IMG/VR virus record: IMGVR_UViG_3300043446_003110 | DNA length: 64,000 nt | Source: a virus | Direction: 5' to 3' (one strand) | Shown here: piece after piece, positions 9,952-20,547 of the stretch | Position numbering within the stretch: position 1 is the first letter of the stretch | Layout: each line of letters starts with the position of its first letter | Made by a program: the position numbers and the translations under genes | Notes under the pieces: generated by a model | The model's database searches: none | The model's input: only the letters and a program-made list of their open reading frames with translations | What the model was told of the DNA's origin: nothing

Positions 9952-10703
9952 ACGATGTTGAAACTATTTTTGAAGGTGTTGAATTAGCAACTCCTAGTAA
10001 TACAGATACTTCAGTTAAGGATGTAGTTATGTCAAATGAACCTTCAATGCTTAGTCATGAGTGGCATGACTATGCTATGACACTATTTCACGAAACAGAA
10101 ATGGTCGATGGTCATCCTCTAGTTGCCGGTTTAAGGCGTGTAGCAGAGGCTGTGCTAGGCACAATTGTTTTCAGTGGTCCAACACAGGTCTTTCCAGTAC
10201 AGCGTGATGATCATCATGGTCGTGCGACTGTAGTGTTTACTATTGAATTCGCCAATGGAGTAAGATACTCTGAAGTAGCAGATTCATGGGAAGGCAATAC
10301 GGATGATACATTCTGTGCGTATGCTGTTGCTATTGCAAGTACCAGAGCAGAAGCAAGAGCTTTACGCAAAGCTTTAAAGATTAAGGGCGTTGCGGCAGAA
10401 GAATTGACCAAGAAAGATACAGCAAAGATTGTAAGACAGATTTCTTCTGTTAAGGATTCTAGTGCTGGTGAGTATAATGAGCAGGATAGAATGAGTGATG
10501 CACAATACAACTTTATTGATGTAAAGTGTAAACAACTCAATATTGATGGAGAGAAGCTATTTGCTACCTTTAAGGTAGATGGCGGAAAGAAGGTTTCTAA
10601 GAAAATCGCTAGTGATATCATTGATTCGCTAAACGATTACCAACGTGACAAGAGTTCAATTCCACAAGATATAATAGGCTATCAACAGGAGTGGCGTAAA
10701 TGA
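9948..10703 (+). CDS. Putative single-strand annealing protein (Rad52/Sak-like)
   Basis: GL.RVA, a beta-rich core, then helix AIASTRAEARALRKAL; C-terminal SDAQ..FI helical domain. Confidence 0.5.
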   Translation: MNDVETIFEGVELATPSNTDTSVKDVVMSNEPSMLSHEWHDYAMTLFHETEMVDGHPLVAGLRRVAEAVLGTIVFSGPTQVFPVQRDDHHGRATVVFTIEFANGVRYSEVADSWEGNTDDTFCAYAVAIASTRAEARALRKALKIKGVAAEELTKKDTAKIVRQISSVKDSSAGEYNEQDRMSDAQYNFIDVKCKQLNIDGEKLFATFKVDGGKKVSKKIASDIIDSLNDYQRDKSSIPQDIIGYQQEWRK

Positions 10704-11035
10704 AGATTGTATATACAACAAAAAATGGCAGATTACAGGCAGAACTAGAGGGTGAGTCACAGAAAGATTTGTTTACTGAATTAAGTAAATTCCAAGAAGT
10801 ATTTGAGGAAACTACTTGCGGAAAGTGTGGTTCTGAAGATGTAAGATTTGTAGTCAGGACAGTGGATGATAATCAGTATTATGAACTTCGTTGCATGAAG
10901 TGCGGTGCTAGGTTAGCATTCGGTGTTAATAAGAAGGGTGGCGGGTTATTCCCAAAGCGTAAGGATTCAGAAGGAAATTGGCTACCAGATGGTGGCTGGG
11001 TGAAATGGAATCCAAAAACGGAGAAGTCTGAATGA
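10700..11035 (+). CDS. Zinc-ribbon protein
   Basis: CGKC...CMKC pairs; ATGA-coupled on both sides. Confidence 0.7.
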   Translation: MKIVYTTKNGRLQAELEGESQKDLFTELSKFQEVFEETTCGKCGSEDVRFVVRTVDDNQYYELRCMKCGARLAFGVNKKGGGLFPKRKDSEGNWLPDGGWVKWNPKTEKSE

Positions 11036-11316
11036 AGTATTTAGTTGCCTTATTTATGCTAATAGCAGTATCCAAAGATGGTATTGCTAATGGTTTACCA
11101 GTTGCGTATACAGTGCCACAACCAGTTGTATTGCAACAAGTTGTTGTGACTCAAACTATGGTATATCAAGCACCTAGCATAGTAGTCACTGTGCCAGTTC
11201 CTATTGTTTTATATCCTCAACCAGTTGTTGATCAACGAATATATTGGGGATATCCTTATTATACAACAACACCTATGCCGGTAATTGAATATCGACATAG
11301 GTGCTGGAAGTACTGA
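11032..11316 (+). CDS. Small secreted Val/Pro/Tyr-rich protein
   Basis: MKYLVALFMLIA signal-like N-terminus followed by a low-complexity V/P/Y/Q body. Confidence 0.6.
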   Translation: MKYLVALFMLIAVSKDGIANGLPVAYTVPQPVVLQQVVVTQTMVYQAPSIVVTVPVPIVLYPQPVVDQRIYWGYPYYTTTPMPVIEYRHRCWKY

Positions 11317-11324
11317 TGAGATAT

Positions 11325-11347
11325 GGGGCGGGAAACCGCCCCTTTTT
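11325..11347 (+). terminator. Intrinsic terminator at the convergence of the two transcription blocks
   Basis: GGGGCGG-GAAA-CCGCCCC-TTTTT: perfect 7-bp GC stem, GNRA loop, U tract. Confidence 0.9.
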
Positions 11348-12069
11348 CATAGGTATTCTACTGTATAATAAAGTCCATAATTAGTTTTGCTTCCAATACC
11401 TTCTGGCTCAGAACTCAGAGCAATATACCAATCGTGTCTAGATGATTCAAGTGCCTGCCCGCTTTGGGAAGTAAATTTGAGAAGATCAGCATCGGTATCT
11501 GCTGTTGATGTATTTTGACCACTCATACCCGGAGATGGAGTGAGTGGTAAATCTAGCTGTGCAGCTAAAGGTTCAAATTCTGTCCATACGAAGTGTGTTA
11601 TGCCGCGATGACTTAGGCTAGTTGTACTTGGAGTTGACGATGGTTTGCGGGCCTCGTAAACCCAAGTAGTAACTCCGCTAGCCGGTTTACTAATACCATG
11701 ATCTCTAGCAAATATACGAAGTTTGCCGTTTTGCACTTTTACTGGAGAACTATGAGTAAATCTAATATTTAATGGGCATAGATAATTAGATAGTTTGTCT
11801 AAAGTTATAGGACTAGAACTGCCATCTACACTTACTGTACCCATTTCTACTCCGGGTATTCCGCTGGCAACTTTAGCCGTATTATGGAGCTTTGGACCGG
11901 CAACCGTACCGTCAGCATTAGTAATCCATGTGGTACTTTGTTGAGATCCAACTGGAACAGAAATACCAAAGTCCAAACCATAAAAACCTATACCAGATCC
12001 AAGATCATGCCTAATTAGATTGTCATCGCTGGCACTCAAGAAATTACCATAAAATTTGATTTCAGCCAT
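11347..12069 (-). CDS. Putative virion structural protein
   Basis: 240 aa, beta-rich, GGGAG RBS, preceded by the GTGTATA motif. Confidence 0.6.
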   Translation of the reverse strand: MAEIKFYGNFLSASDDNLIRHDLGSGIGFYGLDFGISVPVGSQQSTTWITNADGTVAGPKLHNTAKVASGIPGVEMGTVSVDGSSSPITLDKLSNYLCPLNIRFTHSSPVKVQNGKLRIFARDHGISKPASGVTTWVYEARKPSSTPSTTSLSHRGITHFVWTEFEPLAAQLDLPLTPSPGMSGQNTSTADTDADLLKFTSQSGQALESSRHDWYIALSSEPEGIGSKTNYGLYYTVEYL

Positions 12070-12103
12070 AGAATTCTCCCTATATTGGTGGATTACATTG
12101 TAA

Positions 12104-12110
12104 TATACAC
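12104..12110 (-). promoter_or_regulatory. Putative late-promoter motif GTGTATA
   Basis: AAAAGTGTATATTA, 35 nt upstream of the ATG at 12069; one of five intergenic copies. Confidence 0.6.
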
Positions 12111-12115
12111 TTTTA

Positions 12116-15100
12116 TTATGTACTGGTTATTTCTAGCTCTACATATCTGGCAGCTGGAACATCTGAACCCTCTCCAAAAATCACTCCTCCTTCTGGATAA
12201 TTAGCTATATCGCTAACAAAAAAGAAGAAAACGTCATACTTTCCAGTACTATTTGGCTCCAATGTAAAAGTGGTAGTTTTAGTACCAGTAATAAATCCCT
12301 TCGAATTTCCTTCACCATTATTATCTTCATGGGTCAATTTTTTAATTCCATAGAATTGTGATTTGTCTACTTTTAATCTTTCATATACTTTACCTCTGGT
12401 AAATACTATTTCCGCCCCAGTACCATTAACGCTCTGTATTGTAGCATTTGCAGTTGGACCATACTTAAATGGATTTACAGTACCATTATTTGCAGTTTCC
12501 CCGTATATATAACCCGGTCCAACATCTATTGACTTTAATAATTCTTCATCTATACTAAGCTGAGAAATACCACCATTATTTGTTAATCCGGTAACAACTA
12601 AATGTGCCGGTTTACCGCCAATATTAACTTTTACTTTATCAAAATCTGCATATCCAGTTCCAGGCTTGTTAATCTTGATAGATGTTGTATCAAGACCTAT
12701 ATATTTTTGAGCATATGCAAATCCACCATCTGATAACAACATATTTCTTCTTACTTTATTTTTTATAGTATCAAACTTGGGAGATCCAGATGTCAAAATT
12801 GTACCGGTTTGTAGAAATACTTCTTCAAAATCCATTTCTGCACCAGAAGGATTAAACTGCAACGGGGCAAAAAATCTACCATCATATATAGTATTTGGAG
12901 AATGATCATATACAGCGCACCATAGGGCAGTTGTTCCTAATTCTTTCACTTGTTCTGCACCTAGACTACCTCCCCACTTGATATGTTCTACACCCATAGA
13001 TCTACCACTTAAATCTTGCGCAAAACCTAATATTGGACTTATGCTAATATTAGTTTGAGAAATTGTGTATGTTGTATACGTTAATAATCCAAGATATTGA
13101 TTGGTCTTGAATTCAACAATCCCGCCTTTTGTCATTGGAAATGTACCTTTTGCTGCTAATATGCCAATGACATTAGAACTCTCTACGGCATTAACCATAG
13201 GAATCATTTCTGGTCCACCGTCAGGTTTGTCGCCTCTTGCTGGAGGTCCAATATTAATTGCAGCAGTTGGATTTTGAATTGCATAATTAATTAATTTATT
13301 AGCAAATGATAGCTTTGCCCTTACACTTCCATCTGGTTCTAAATTTACGGCATTATTAATGCCAATTCTGCTCCAAGCTCCACCAAAATAATCTCCACCA
13401 TATGTGCCAGCGCGTTGTAAAGCCAATTTTAAATCAGAGTATCCTTCATTTAGAGCCGTTTGGGCACCAAGGCCAAAATTATCAATTTGTGTAGTTGACA
13501 GAGCGAGTTCTAATGATAAAGGTGTAAATTGTACGAATGTTGAATTTATAGGTGTCAATCCATAAGCTGGCTTATTAGAAGAATTGTTAAGATAATATCC
13601 CTTTATTTGTTGGTGTAAATATTGAACATAACTATCACAAGTGTTACCATAATATGCACTCATCATAAAAACAGGATCTATACTTTGATTGCCAGAAGAA
13701 TTTAATGCTATCTGGGCAGGCAGATGATAAAAATATGAATCTTTTAGATTGAAAGTAGTGCCAACCAGATTAGTATATGGTGTAAAATTTAGCGTTCCGC
13801 CTTGATATACAACTCTTCCATTTGAAGAAGCTACTTGGGATACAGATCTTGTAGACTTGGTTCGTCTTACACTCAAAGAACTATATCCATCTGGAAAATA
13901 CATACCCCAACTAGTTGGCACATCTTCAGCCGCCACCCCCATAGTATCACTATATGGAGTTGTTCTTTTTATAACGGTATTTTTTAACTTGGTTGGACTA
14001 CTGTTATTTCCACCAATGTCCTTTGGTAACATATCTGCATCATAAAATGTATGATAATTAAAAAAATTAGGTAATATTGATTTATTGCGATTTGCGATAG
14101 TTACTGCATCGTTTACTTCACTTGATGATGGATCTTGAACAGACCCATTAGTATTAAGAGAATAATCAGCATCATCCATAGTAACTAAATTCCATTCTCG
14201 TAATCGCGGAATAATATTATATTGCAATCCACTCACAAGTGGTGCATAAGTAGCAGAAGTAAGACTATCATAAAATTTGGCTCTTACTGCGGCTATATAA
14301 TCTTGAGGTTCTATGAACGATGTATCAGAATCATTTCTAAAAAATCCTTTTGCATTTACTATATATTTTTGTATTTGTGACCACTCAATGGTTAATTTTT
14401 TTGCTACAGAAACACCATTAGCTAATGGAATAGGAACATAATCTCCATTTATTTGACTAGCTATGACTATTTCCCCTTTTGTGAATGCCCGTGTGCTTCT
14501 ATTTATTAAAAGAATTCTTTCTTTGGAAGAAGTAGCACAACCAAATGAAACGGGCGCAAGTAGATGAGGATTTCCCTTCTCTGTTTGCAAAAGCATACCC
14601 CATCCACTAGCAGTCGGTATTTTCAAACTTTCATTGTCAACAAGATCTACATTTTCTGGGAGATCATCTAAAGATACTCCAGCGATATCGTCCAGTAGTC
14701 TGCAATATACTTGAGTTGTTCCAGATTCCCACTCTCCAGTTCCTCTATTAAAACTAACTTTTAGTGGACCAGCTACTGTATTATTTGGATTTTTTATTCC
14801 ACCAACATCTGGCGCAGAAAATGCACCAATTGGAAGAGTTTCACTGATGGCAAATGCATGTTCTTTTCCGGTTGCTGTACGTGCTACACCAGCAATAACT
14901 GGTGGCTGCAAAGCAACGCTCCTATCACTACCATCAGATTTAGATTGAAAAAATATTTTAATGTCTCCACTTGCAGCTAATCCTAATACGTTATATCCCG
15001 CTGCTGAGAATGTAAGACATCCTTCGCGGCTGTTAATAATTTTAGACCAAATATATTTTACATTGTATGCATCAAGCTTTTCTGTGAGCAAAGTAGAATC

Positions 15101-15532
15101 GGCTTTAATAAATCCTTTTTGATATAAATCAAATTTATTTTGAAAGATTTTTAATTGAGTAAATGCAATTCCACCACCTTCACTACCGGTAGTTCCACTT
15201 GGAGTCCAAAAAATATTATTTTCTTCTTGCCCATCGCTTGTAGTATCCAAATATCTTTTTCCATCTTTATCGAATCTTTGCATATGAACAACCGCACTAT
15301 CTCCAAGTAAAATATTTTGAAGATTACCAATGCTAGTTCCAAAAAATTCTTGAATATCTGGATGCCATTGCCATTGCGCATTTGGGGTGCGCGCTTTTGT
15401 TTTACCAAAATTTACTAAACTATTTCTAGTATATGAAGCTAATCCAATATCATGAAGTTTTGTGTCAGATGGAACATAATAATAGTAATTTTTTACAGAA
15501 AATCCAGATCTAGAGTCAAAAAACTTTGTCAT
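12116..15532 (-). CDS. Large tail-tip/structural protein
   Basis: 1138 aa, G/S/T/N-rich, last of the large tail genes; INKPGTGY...GGI motif seen in baseplate and fibre proteins. Confidence 0.6.
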   Translation of the reverse strand: MTKFFDSRSGFSVKNYYYYVPSDTKLHDIGLASYTRNSLVNFGKTKARTPNAQWQWHPDIQEFFGTSIGNLQNILLGDSAVVHMQRFDKDGKRYLDTTSDGQEENNIFWTPSGTTGSEGGGIAFTQLKIFQNKFDLYQKGFIKADSTLLTEKLDAYNVKYIWSKIINSREGCLTFSAAGYNVLGLAASGDIKIFFQSKSDGSDRSVALQPPVIAGVARTATGKEHAFAISETLPIGAFSAPDVGGIKNPNNTVAGPLKVSFNRGTGEWESGTTQVYCRLLDDIAGVSLDDLPENVDLVDNESLKIPTASGWGMLLQTEKGNPHLLAPVSFGCATSSKERILLINRSTRAFTKGEIVIASQINGDYVPIPLANGVSVAKKLTIEWSQIQKYIVNAKGFFRNDSDTSFIEPQDYIAAVRAKFYDSLTSATYAPLVSGLQYNIIPRLREWNLVTMDDADYSLNTNGSVQDPSSSEVNDAVTIANRNKSILPNFFNYHTFYDADMLPKDIGGNNSSPTKLKNTVIKRTTPYSDTMGVAAEDVPTSWGMYFPDGYSSLSVRRTKSTRSVSQVASSNGRVVYQGGTLNFTPYTNLVGTTFNLKDSYFYHLPAQIALNSSGNQSIDPVFMMSAYYGNTCDSYVQYLHQQIKGYYLNNSSNKPAYGLTPINSTFVQFTPLSLELALSTTQIDNFGLGAQTALNEGYSDLKLALQRAGTYGGDYFGGAWSRIGINNAVNLEPDGSVRAKLSFANKLINYAIQNPTAAINIGPPARGDKPDGGPEMIPMVNAVESSNVIGILAAKGTFPMTKGGIVEFKTNQYLGLLTYTTYTISQTNISISPILGFAQDLSGRSMGVEHIKWGGSLGAEQVKELGTTALWCAVYDHSPNTIYDGRFFAPLQFNPSGAEMDFEEVFLQTGTILTSGSPKFDTIKNKVRRNMLLSDGGFAYAQKYIGLDTTSIKINKPGTGYADFDKVKVNIGGKPAHLVVTGLTNNGGISQLSIDEELLKSIDVGPGYIYGETANNGTVNPFKYGPTANATIQSVNGTGAEIVFTRGKVYERLKVDKSQFYGIKKLTHEDNNGEGNSKGFITGTKTTTFTLEPNSTGKYDVFFFFVSDIANYPEGGVIFGEGSDVPAARYVELEITST

Positions 15533-15540
15533 ATATTATC

Positions 15541-18500
15541 CTATTCAAAGAATTGAAGTCTTGTTTGATCATGATTAACATTTAATACATTTGGCATATA
15601 TGGATTGTATTCTTTAGAGAATGGGCTGAATAATTCATTAATTGATGCACCACCAGATTTATAGGAACGTTCATTGTACAATACATTTCCTTTGTCTCCT
15701 GTCATCATATTCATTGTATTTATGATTTCAGATTCAGATGTAAGACCTCCAGCAAAATTATAGTCAGTAATATTTTCTTCTGATGTGCTAGAACCAAGAA
15801 TTGGTGAATAAGATTTAGTTTCGTATTGATTAACTGATAAAGCAATATAATTATTTGGTGTAGAAGACATTGGTGTACCATTATTGGCAAATAAATTAAA
15901 ACTTCCTATATTATTTACTGCCTGAGATTTTCCAAGACCCTTTCTAATCAAAGAATTTCTTTCGTCGCGTAATTTTTGTCTTTCTCTACTTATCTTAGAA
16001 ATCATATCTTGTTTCTGTTTTTGTAATTTGCCAAAACTAGATGTATACAAATCTAATTTATATGTAGTTCTTAAACCGTTTTCAGACACATCCACGCTTA
16101 TGTTTGTTACTAATGGCCCACCGACCTCTAGAGCTTGACAAAGTGACCTGTCAGGTATTCCGGGAAAAGAAAATCCACCACGCTCAGAAAATAAAAATAG
16201 GCTATTAGCAAATTGAGCTTGCAATACTCCAGCTTGATTTAGAAGTTCATAACCACCATAATTCCACGGAGCGAGATTTTCATCTTTTATGAATTCTACC
16301 CTACCACCAACATTTGTGTATGCGTTGCTTTGGGGATCGACTTGAGAAGATATCCATGGACCATAACATCTTTCGTTAGATATCAAAGGTAATACTACTA
16401 GATTAGGATATACTGGAGATGGAGCGGCCATATTGATTTGATATGGTAAAGCAAATTGCAATTGCCTTTTGGCTTGCTTTGCAGCCATCCAAGCTTTACT
16501 GTTAACTTCTGCCGGAAATGCTGTAATTGGTGGAGATTTAGGAGTGCCATCTGGTCCTCCTCGCGGTACAGAATTGAATTCTGGCAATCCTTTTACAACA
16601 TCAGCAGTAATATAGTGTTTAATTGTTTTAGTATCAAATTGTTGATTAACAGAATCTAAAAATCTAGAGTCTTTAGTTGGTATTAGTCTTTCTGGCAGAG
16701 TAATTAATGCATAAACATAATTAGTATCTAAATCTTTTAATCCAGTTTTAATTAGATCCCCACCAAGCTCTGGAACATATTCAGTAAGAAAATCTAATCT
16801 ATTGACACTACGCTGTGTTGTGGTCGTTGGATAATAAGACGCTTCAAGGAATCTAAAGCTATCAACATAACATCCGGTTCCCGGCTCTAAATCTGTTCTG
16901 GATGATCTATTTGATCCCGCTTTCCAACCAGAACAAGGTATAAATATTTTGCGAGGTTTAGAAGTTTTTGTTCTATACTTAGGCTGTTCACCATAAATAG
17001 ATAAACTAATACCACTAGTTTTTGGTGGCATATAGAAATTTTCATCTACAGTACATTTAACAAAAAGGCACTGTCTAGGAAGCGGTGTATTATCTCTATT
17101 TACAGCATTTGCATCATTGAATGAGTCATCATCATCAGAAGTATTATCCAAAAATTCACATAAATCTGGTATCATGCCTTGAGCAGTTATCAACTGTTGA
17201 GTAAAATCTTCTGGAGACATGGATCCAACATGTAAATATTCACTATTATCAAATCTGACATATGCAGATAATCTTCCATCTTTATCTATAAAATTGGTAG
17301 CATCTTGTGGAGCAAGTTGTTGTAAAACAGCTAGCGGTTTTGCTGATGAGGAAAGTGCATTAATTTGATCAAAAGTTAATGTATTAGTATATAAATCAAA
17401 TGGAAAATATCCACCAAGATTAGTTGGCGTATAATTAAATTCATATTTATCAGACATAGGATTAAAATTTACTCTCAATCCGCCAACGTATTTATCTTGA
17501 TTTGGATCATGCTCGTGAGATAAAAAACTTTCCATAGCATTTTTGGATGCGGGTCTATCTCGGGATACGCTTTGTATAAAAGTGCTACTAAATTCTTCTG
17601 ATATGCCGGACGTAACCGGTCTTGGTCTAAAACCAAATGGTCCAGCTGTATATTCATCACTGTTATTTTTTACTATATCTTTTGCATAAAATAGGTTTAC
17701 TTTGTTTGGTATTCTTACTAAAAATTTTTTACCAAGATTTTCATCAGCAATTTTTTTTAAAAAATTATATACTTTTAATGCATTTTCTGTTCCTTTTTTA
17801 GCCAAGCGTGGTAATATAGCTCCAATTTGATGTAAATTTTCTTCTACATTATTAAGTAATTCTATATCTGGTGGAGTACTATTTAATGCCCCCGATATAG
17901 CAGTATAATAAATTTGTTCCGCTGGTGTTAATTCACCATAATTTATTTCTTCAAGTTGTGAAAGTTGTGAGTTTTTTATATCATCCCAAGAGTTAGCATC
18001 AGCACCGCGAATAGCAGCACCACCAGTAATAAGTCCAGTTATTCTAGATTGTAATTTAGTTAATCCGCCCTCTGGTATCCCTAATTTTGTCATACGCTTA
18101 TAATATAGGGGATATCCATATGGAGGATTACATGGGCTAGATGGTAATTCATCTGGACCAAATAGTGAACCACTACCGGGATATGAGCGAAAAACAGATC
18201 TCGGTACAGTAACAACATATTTATCAGATATTGCTCCCGGAACTCCACCAAAATTCATCGTTTGGCTTAATGCTGCTGATTGTTGACTATCATCTTCCTC
18301 TATAGATTCTAAATATATATCATTATATTGTGCTAAGAAATTTTTCCAACATTCATATGATATAGAAGCAGACCTCAATTCCATTTCTGTCGCAACATAG
18401 TAAGACCCAACACCTTTAGCGTTTAATCCTGTGGTATCTAATAGAATTTGTTGATATGCTCCCCAACCTTTTGGTATTGTCACAGCATTTTGTCCTAATT

Positions 18501-20202
18501 GACCGTAATATGGCAATACTTGTTGTGTTAATTGTTTTTCCAGAGTCCATTGTCGCCAACTACCATCGGTAGCTGGTTCGCCAGTTCTATTGCCTTTTAC
18601 TTCTATAAAATCTCTGTCAGCATTAGTAGAAAAACAATACATATCTACTTCTTGTGCGCCAACAACAAATTTATCCGTTACTAAATTAGATAATTCGTAA
18701 CCGACATCTTGATTTTCAACATATATTCCCCCGCTAGCTGCTAATCTGTCTATATATCTTTTAATTGAACCATATGATGGGGGCGTAGATCTATCTATAG
18801 CATCAAGTCTTATTATGCCAGCGATAAATTTTGTGGGATCAGATAGATTTGTACCATTTTGAGAATATATTTGACTACAAGCTGGATGATTGATTACTGG
18901 CAACAAAGAAACATACAAATCTCTACTAGTAATCTCACAAATTTCTAAAGCAAGATCCAAGAGATTGATTTGATCAAAATCCAAAAAATACAAAGCTGGC
19001 AAAGTTGGCAAGCCAGAAAAATCAATTACATAATTATAGCCACGAAAATTGATAGTGCCACCATATGATTTATTTATATATTCTTGTGGTAACGGTGCGT
19101 CAACAGATAATAAAGCTCTCATAGCTTGGGCGACTCTGTAATACGGAATCCCTTGTGGACTTCTTCTAGACATTCCTGTTCCCGTAAATGGAAAAAATTT
19201 AGCTGGAGATCCAAACATTCCAGAAGCACTTCCCACCCAACAATCTACAGGACTAGTAGAACTAATAGAGCCACTATAAGTGACAGCGCCGGTGGCGTTA
19301 TCTACATATTTTTGGAGCATATTAAATGGACCAAATGTAGAATTAAGAATACCAGAAGTTGTTGTGCTAAAATTGTGTTCTAAAAATCCATAAACATTAA
19401 AAATATTTTTAGTACCAAATGAGCTTCCAGCGTAATTATTCAATATAAGAACAACGTTAGATAATATCTCGCGAGGATCTACAACTTGAACAGAATATGT
19501 GGGATTTCCGGCTGGTCCTCGATTTTGTATATATGATTGTAAAATTCCACCAAATACTATATGCCCAGATCCACGGCCAGCATCTCTATAATAGCTACTA
19601 AAATCAAGTATACTGCTTGCAGCCAAATTAACGTAATTATACGGATTTAAAGAAGTAAAATTGTTCTTATCAAATGATCCAATATTAGTTATATTAACTG
19701 AAGTCAATGTATTGATTCGATAAAGACTGTCAAATGTAGCTCTATACGCTTCTTCAACTGTTGCAAAATTTTGACCAAATTTAAAAAATACAGGACTACC
19801 AGCAATTGGTGGGACAAAACCATCTCCATTTCCACTATGATAAACGTCATCACCCGCTCCTTGAGCGGTATTATCAGATTTATTGTATTCATCAACTACT
19901 AAATCAATAGATAATGTAGAACTAGAATCGCCAAAACCACCATTCATACTAAAATTACGTATAGAAGCACCTAAAAATGTTTGTTGTGGATATCCTCTAT
20001 CGTATGTTTTTGGAGTAGTAGGATCCAAACCCCATCCGCCAGTAGAAATACCTTGCGGTATAACACTTCCGCTTTGTACTGGCCAGCTAGTGCCATAATA
20101 ACCACTTGGTTGTCTTATAGATAATCCGTTAATTCCATTATAAACAGATGGAGTTAGATTGGGATTGCCATAGATACCGGATGTTAATTGTGTTCTATGC
20201 AT
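15541..20202 (-). CDS. Large tail protein (hub/Tal-like)
   Basis: About 1553 aa from ATG 20202 (AGGTAG upstream); IVFGGIL near the N-terminus and C-terminal PLVTNISVDVSENGLRTTYKL are hub-like. Confidence 0.55.
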   Translation of the reverse strand: MHRTQLTSGIYGNPNLTPSVYNGINGLSIRQPSGYYGTSWPVQSGSVIPQGISTGGWGLDPTTPKTYDRGYPQQTFLGASIRNFSMNGGFGDSSSTLSIDLVVDEYNKSDNTAQGAGDDVYHSGNGDGFVPPIAGSPVFFKFGQNFATVEEAYRATFDSLYRINTLTSVNITNIGSFDKNNFTSLNPYNYVNLAASSILDFSSYYRDAGRGSGHIVFGGILQSYIQNRGPAGNPTYSVQVVDPREILSNVVLILNNYAGSSFGTKNIFNVYGFLEHNFSTTTSGILNSTFGPFNMLQKYVDNATGAVTYSGSISSTSPVDCWVGSASGMFGSPAKFFPFTGTGMSRRSPQGIPYYRVAQAMRALLSVDAPLPQEYINKSYGGTINFRGYNYVIDFSGLPTLPALYFLDFDQINLLDLALEICEITSRDLYVSLLPVINHPACSQIYSQNGTNLSDPTKFIAGIIRLDAIDRSTPPSYGSIKRYIDRLAASGGIYVENQDVGYELSNLVTDKFVVGAQEVDMYCFSTNADRDFIEVKGNRTGEPATDGSWRQWTLEKQLTQQVLPYYGQLGQNAVTIPKGWGAYQQILLDTTGLNAKGVGSYYVATEMELRSASISYECWKNFLAQYNDIYLESIEEDDSQQSAALSQTMNFGGVPGAISDKYVVTVPRSVFRSYPGSGSLFGPDELPSSPCNPPYGYPLYYKRMTKLGIPEGGLTKLQSRITGLITGGAAIRGADANSWDDIKNSQLSQLEEINYGELTPAEQIYYTAISGALNSTPPDIELLNNVEENLHQIGAILPRLAKKGTENALKVYNFLKKIADENLGKKFLVRIPNKVNLFYAKDIVKNNSDEYTAGPFGFRPRPVTSGISEEFSSTFIQSVSRDRPASKNAMESFLSHEHDPNQDKYVGGLRVNFNPMSDKYEFNYTPTNLGGYFPFDLYTNTLTFDQINALSSSAKPLAVLQQLAPQDATNFIDKDGRLSAYVRFDNSEYLHVGSMSPEDFTQQLITAQGMIPDLCEFLDNTSDDDDSFNDANAVNRDNTPLPRQCLFVKCTVDENFYMPPKTSGISLSIYGEQPKYRTKTSKPRKIFIPCSGWKAGSNRSSRTDLEPGTGCYVDSFRFLEASYYPTTTTQRSVNRLDFLTEYVPELGGDLIKTGLKDLDTNYVYALITLPERLIPTKDSRFLDSVNQQFDTKTIKHYITADVVKGLPEFNSVPRGGPDGTPKSPPITAFPAEVNSKAWMAAKQAKRQLQFALPYQINMAAPSPVYPNLVVLPLISNERCYGPWISSQVDPQSNAYTNVGGRVEFIKDENLAPWNYGGYELLNQAGVLQAQFANSLFLFSERGGFSFPGIPDRSLCQALEVGGPLVTNISVDVSENGLRTTYKLDLYTSSFGKLQKQKQDMISKISRERQKLRDERNSLIRKGLGKSQAVNNIGSFNLFANNGTPMSSTPNNYIALSVNQYETKSYSPILGSSTSEENITDYNFAGGLTSESEIINTMNMMTGDKGNVLYNERSYKSGGASINELFSPFSKEYNPYMPNVLNVNHDQTRLQFFE

Positions 20203-20206
20203 ATTA

Positions 20207-20545
20207 CTACCTATATTGCCTACTATATATTTCAAATCTAAAGTTGGCTTTTATTAAATTTGGAAAAACATTGTACCTAAAACCTTGTGAATGATGTATA
20301 TATTGATTGTAGGCTGTAAAATCAGTTATACCATTTACTCGCGAAGCGTAACCATTGGATATGCCAGTTCCTTGATCAAAAACAAGATTTGTTGGAGATA
20401 ATGCGCTACGATTACTAGCATTTGGCGTATATGTTAAACCATATGTCAAGCCAGAAACATTATCCGTAATTGGTTTAGATATTGCTCTGCTATTAGATGG
20501 TAAAAATTCAGATGGATTGTTATTTGTTTCTGCATTTGTTGGCAT
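20207..20545 (-). CDS. Small hypothetical tail-region protein
   Basis: 112-aa ORF that fills the gap with 2-4 nt spacing to its neighbours. Confidence 0.65.
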   Translation of the reverse strand: MPTNAETNNNPSEFLPSNSRAISKPITDNVSGLTYGLTYTPNASNRSALSPTNLVFDQGTGISNGYASRVNGITDFTAYNQYIHHSQGFRYNVFPNLIKANFRFEIYSRQYR

Positions 20546-20547
20546 GA

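Noticed and set aside
20202-20235. Programmed frameshift between the 112-aa and 1564-aa ORFs
   Set aside because: The overlap disappears if the ATG at 20202, 4 nt after the upstream stop, is used.
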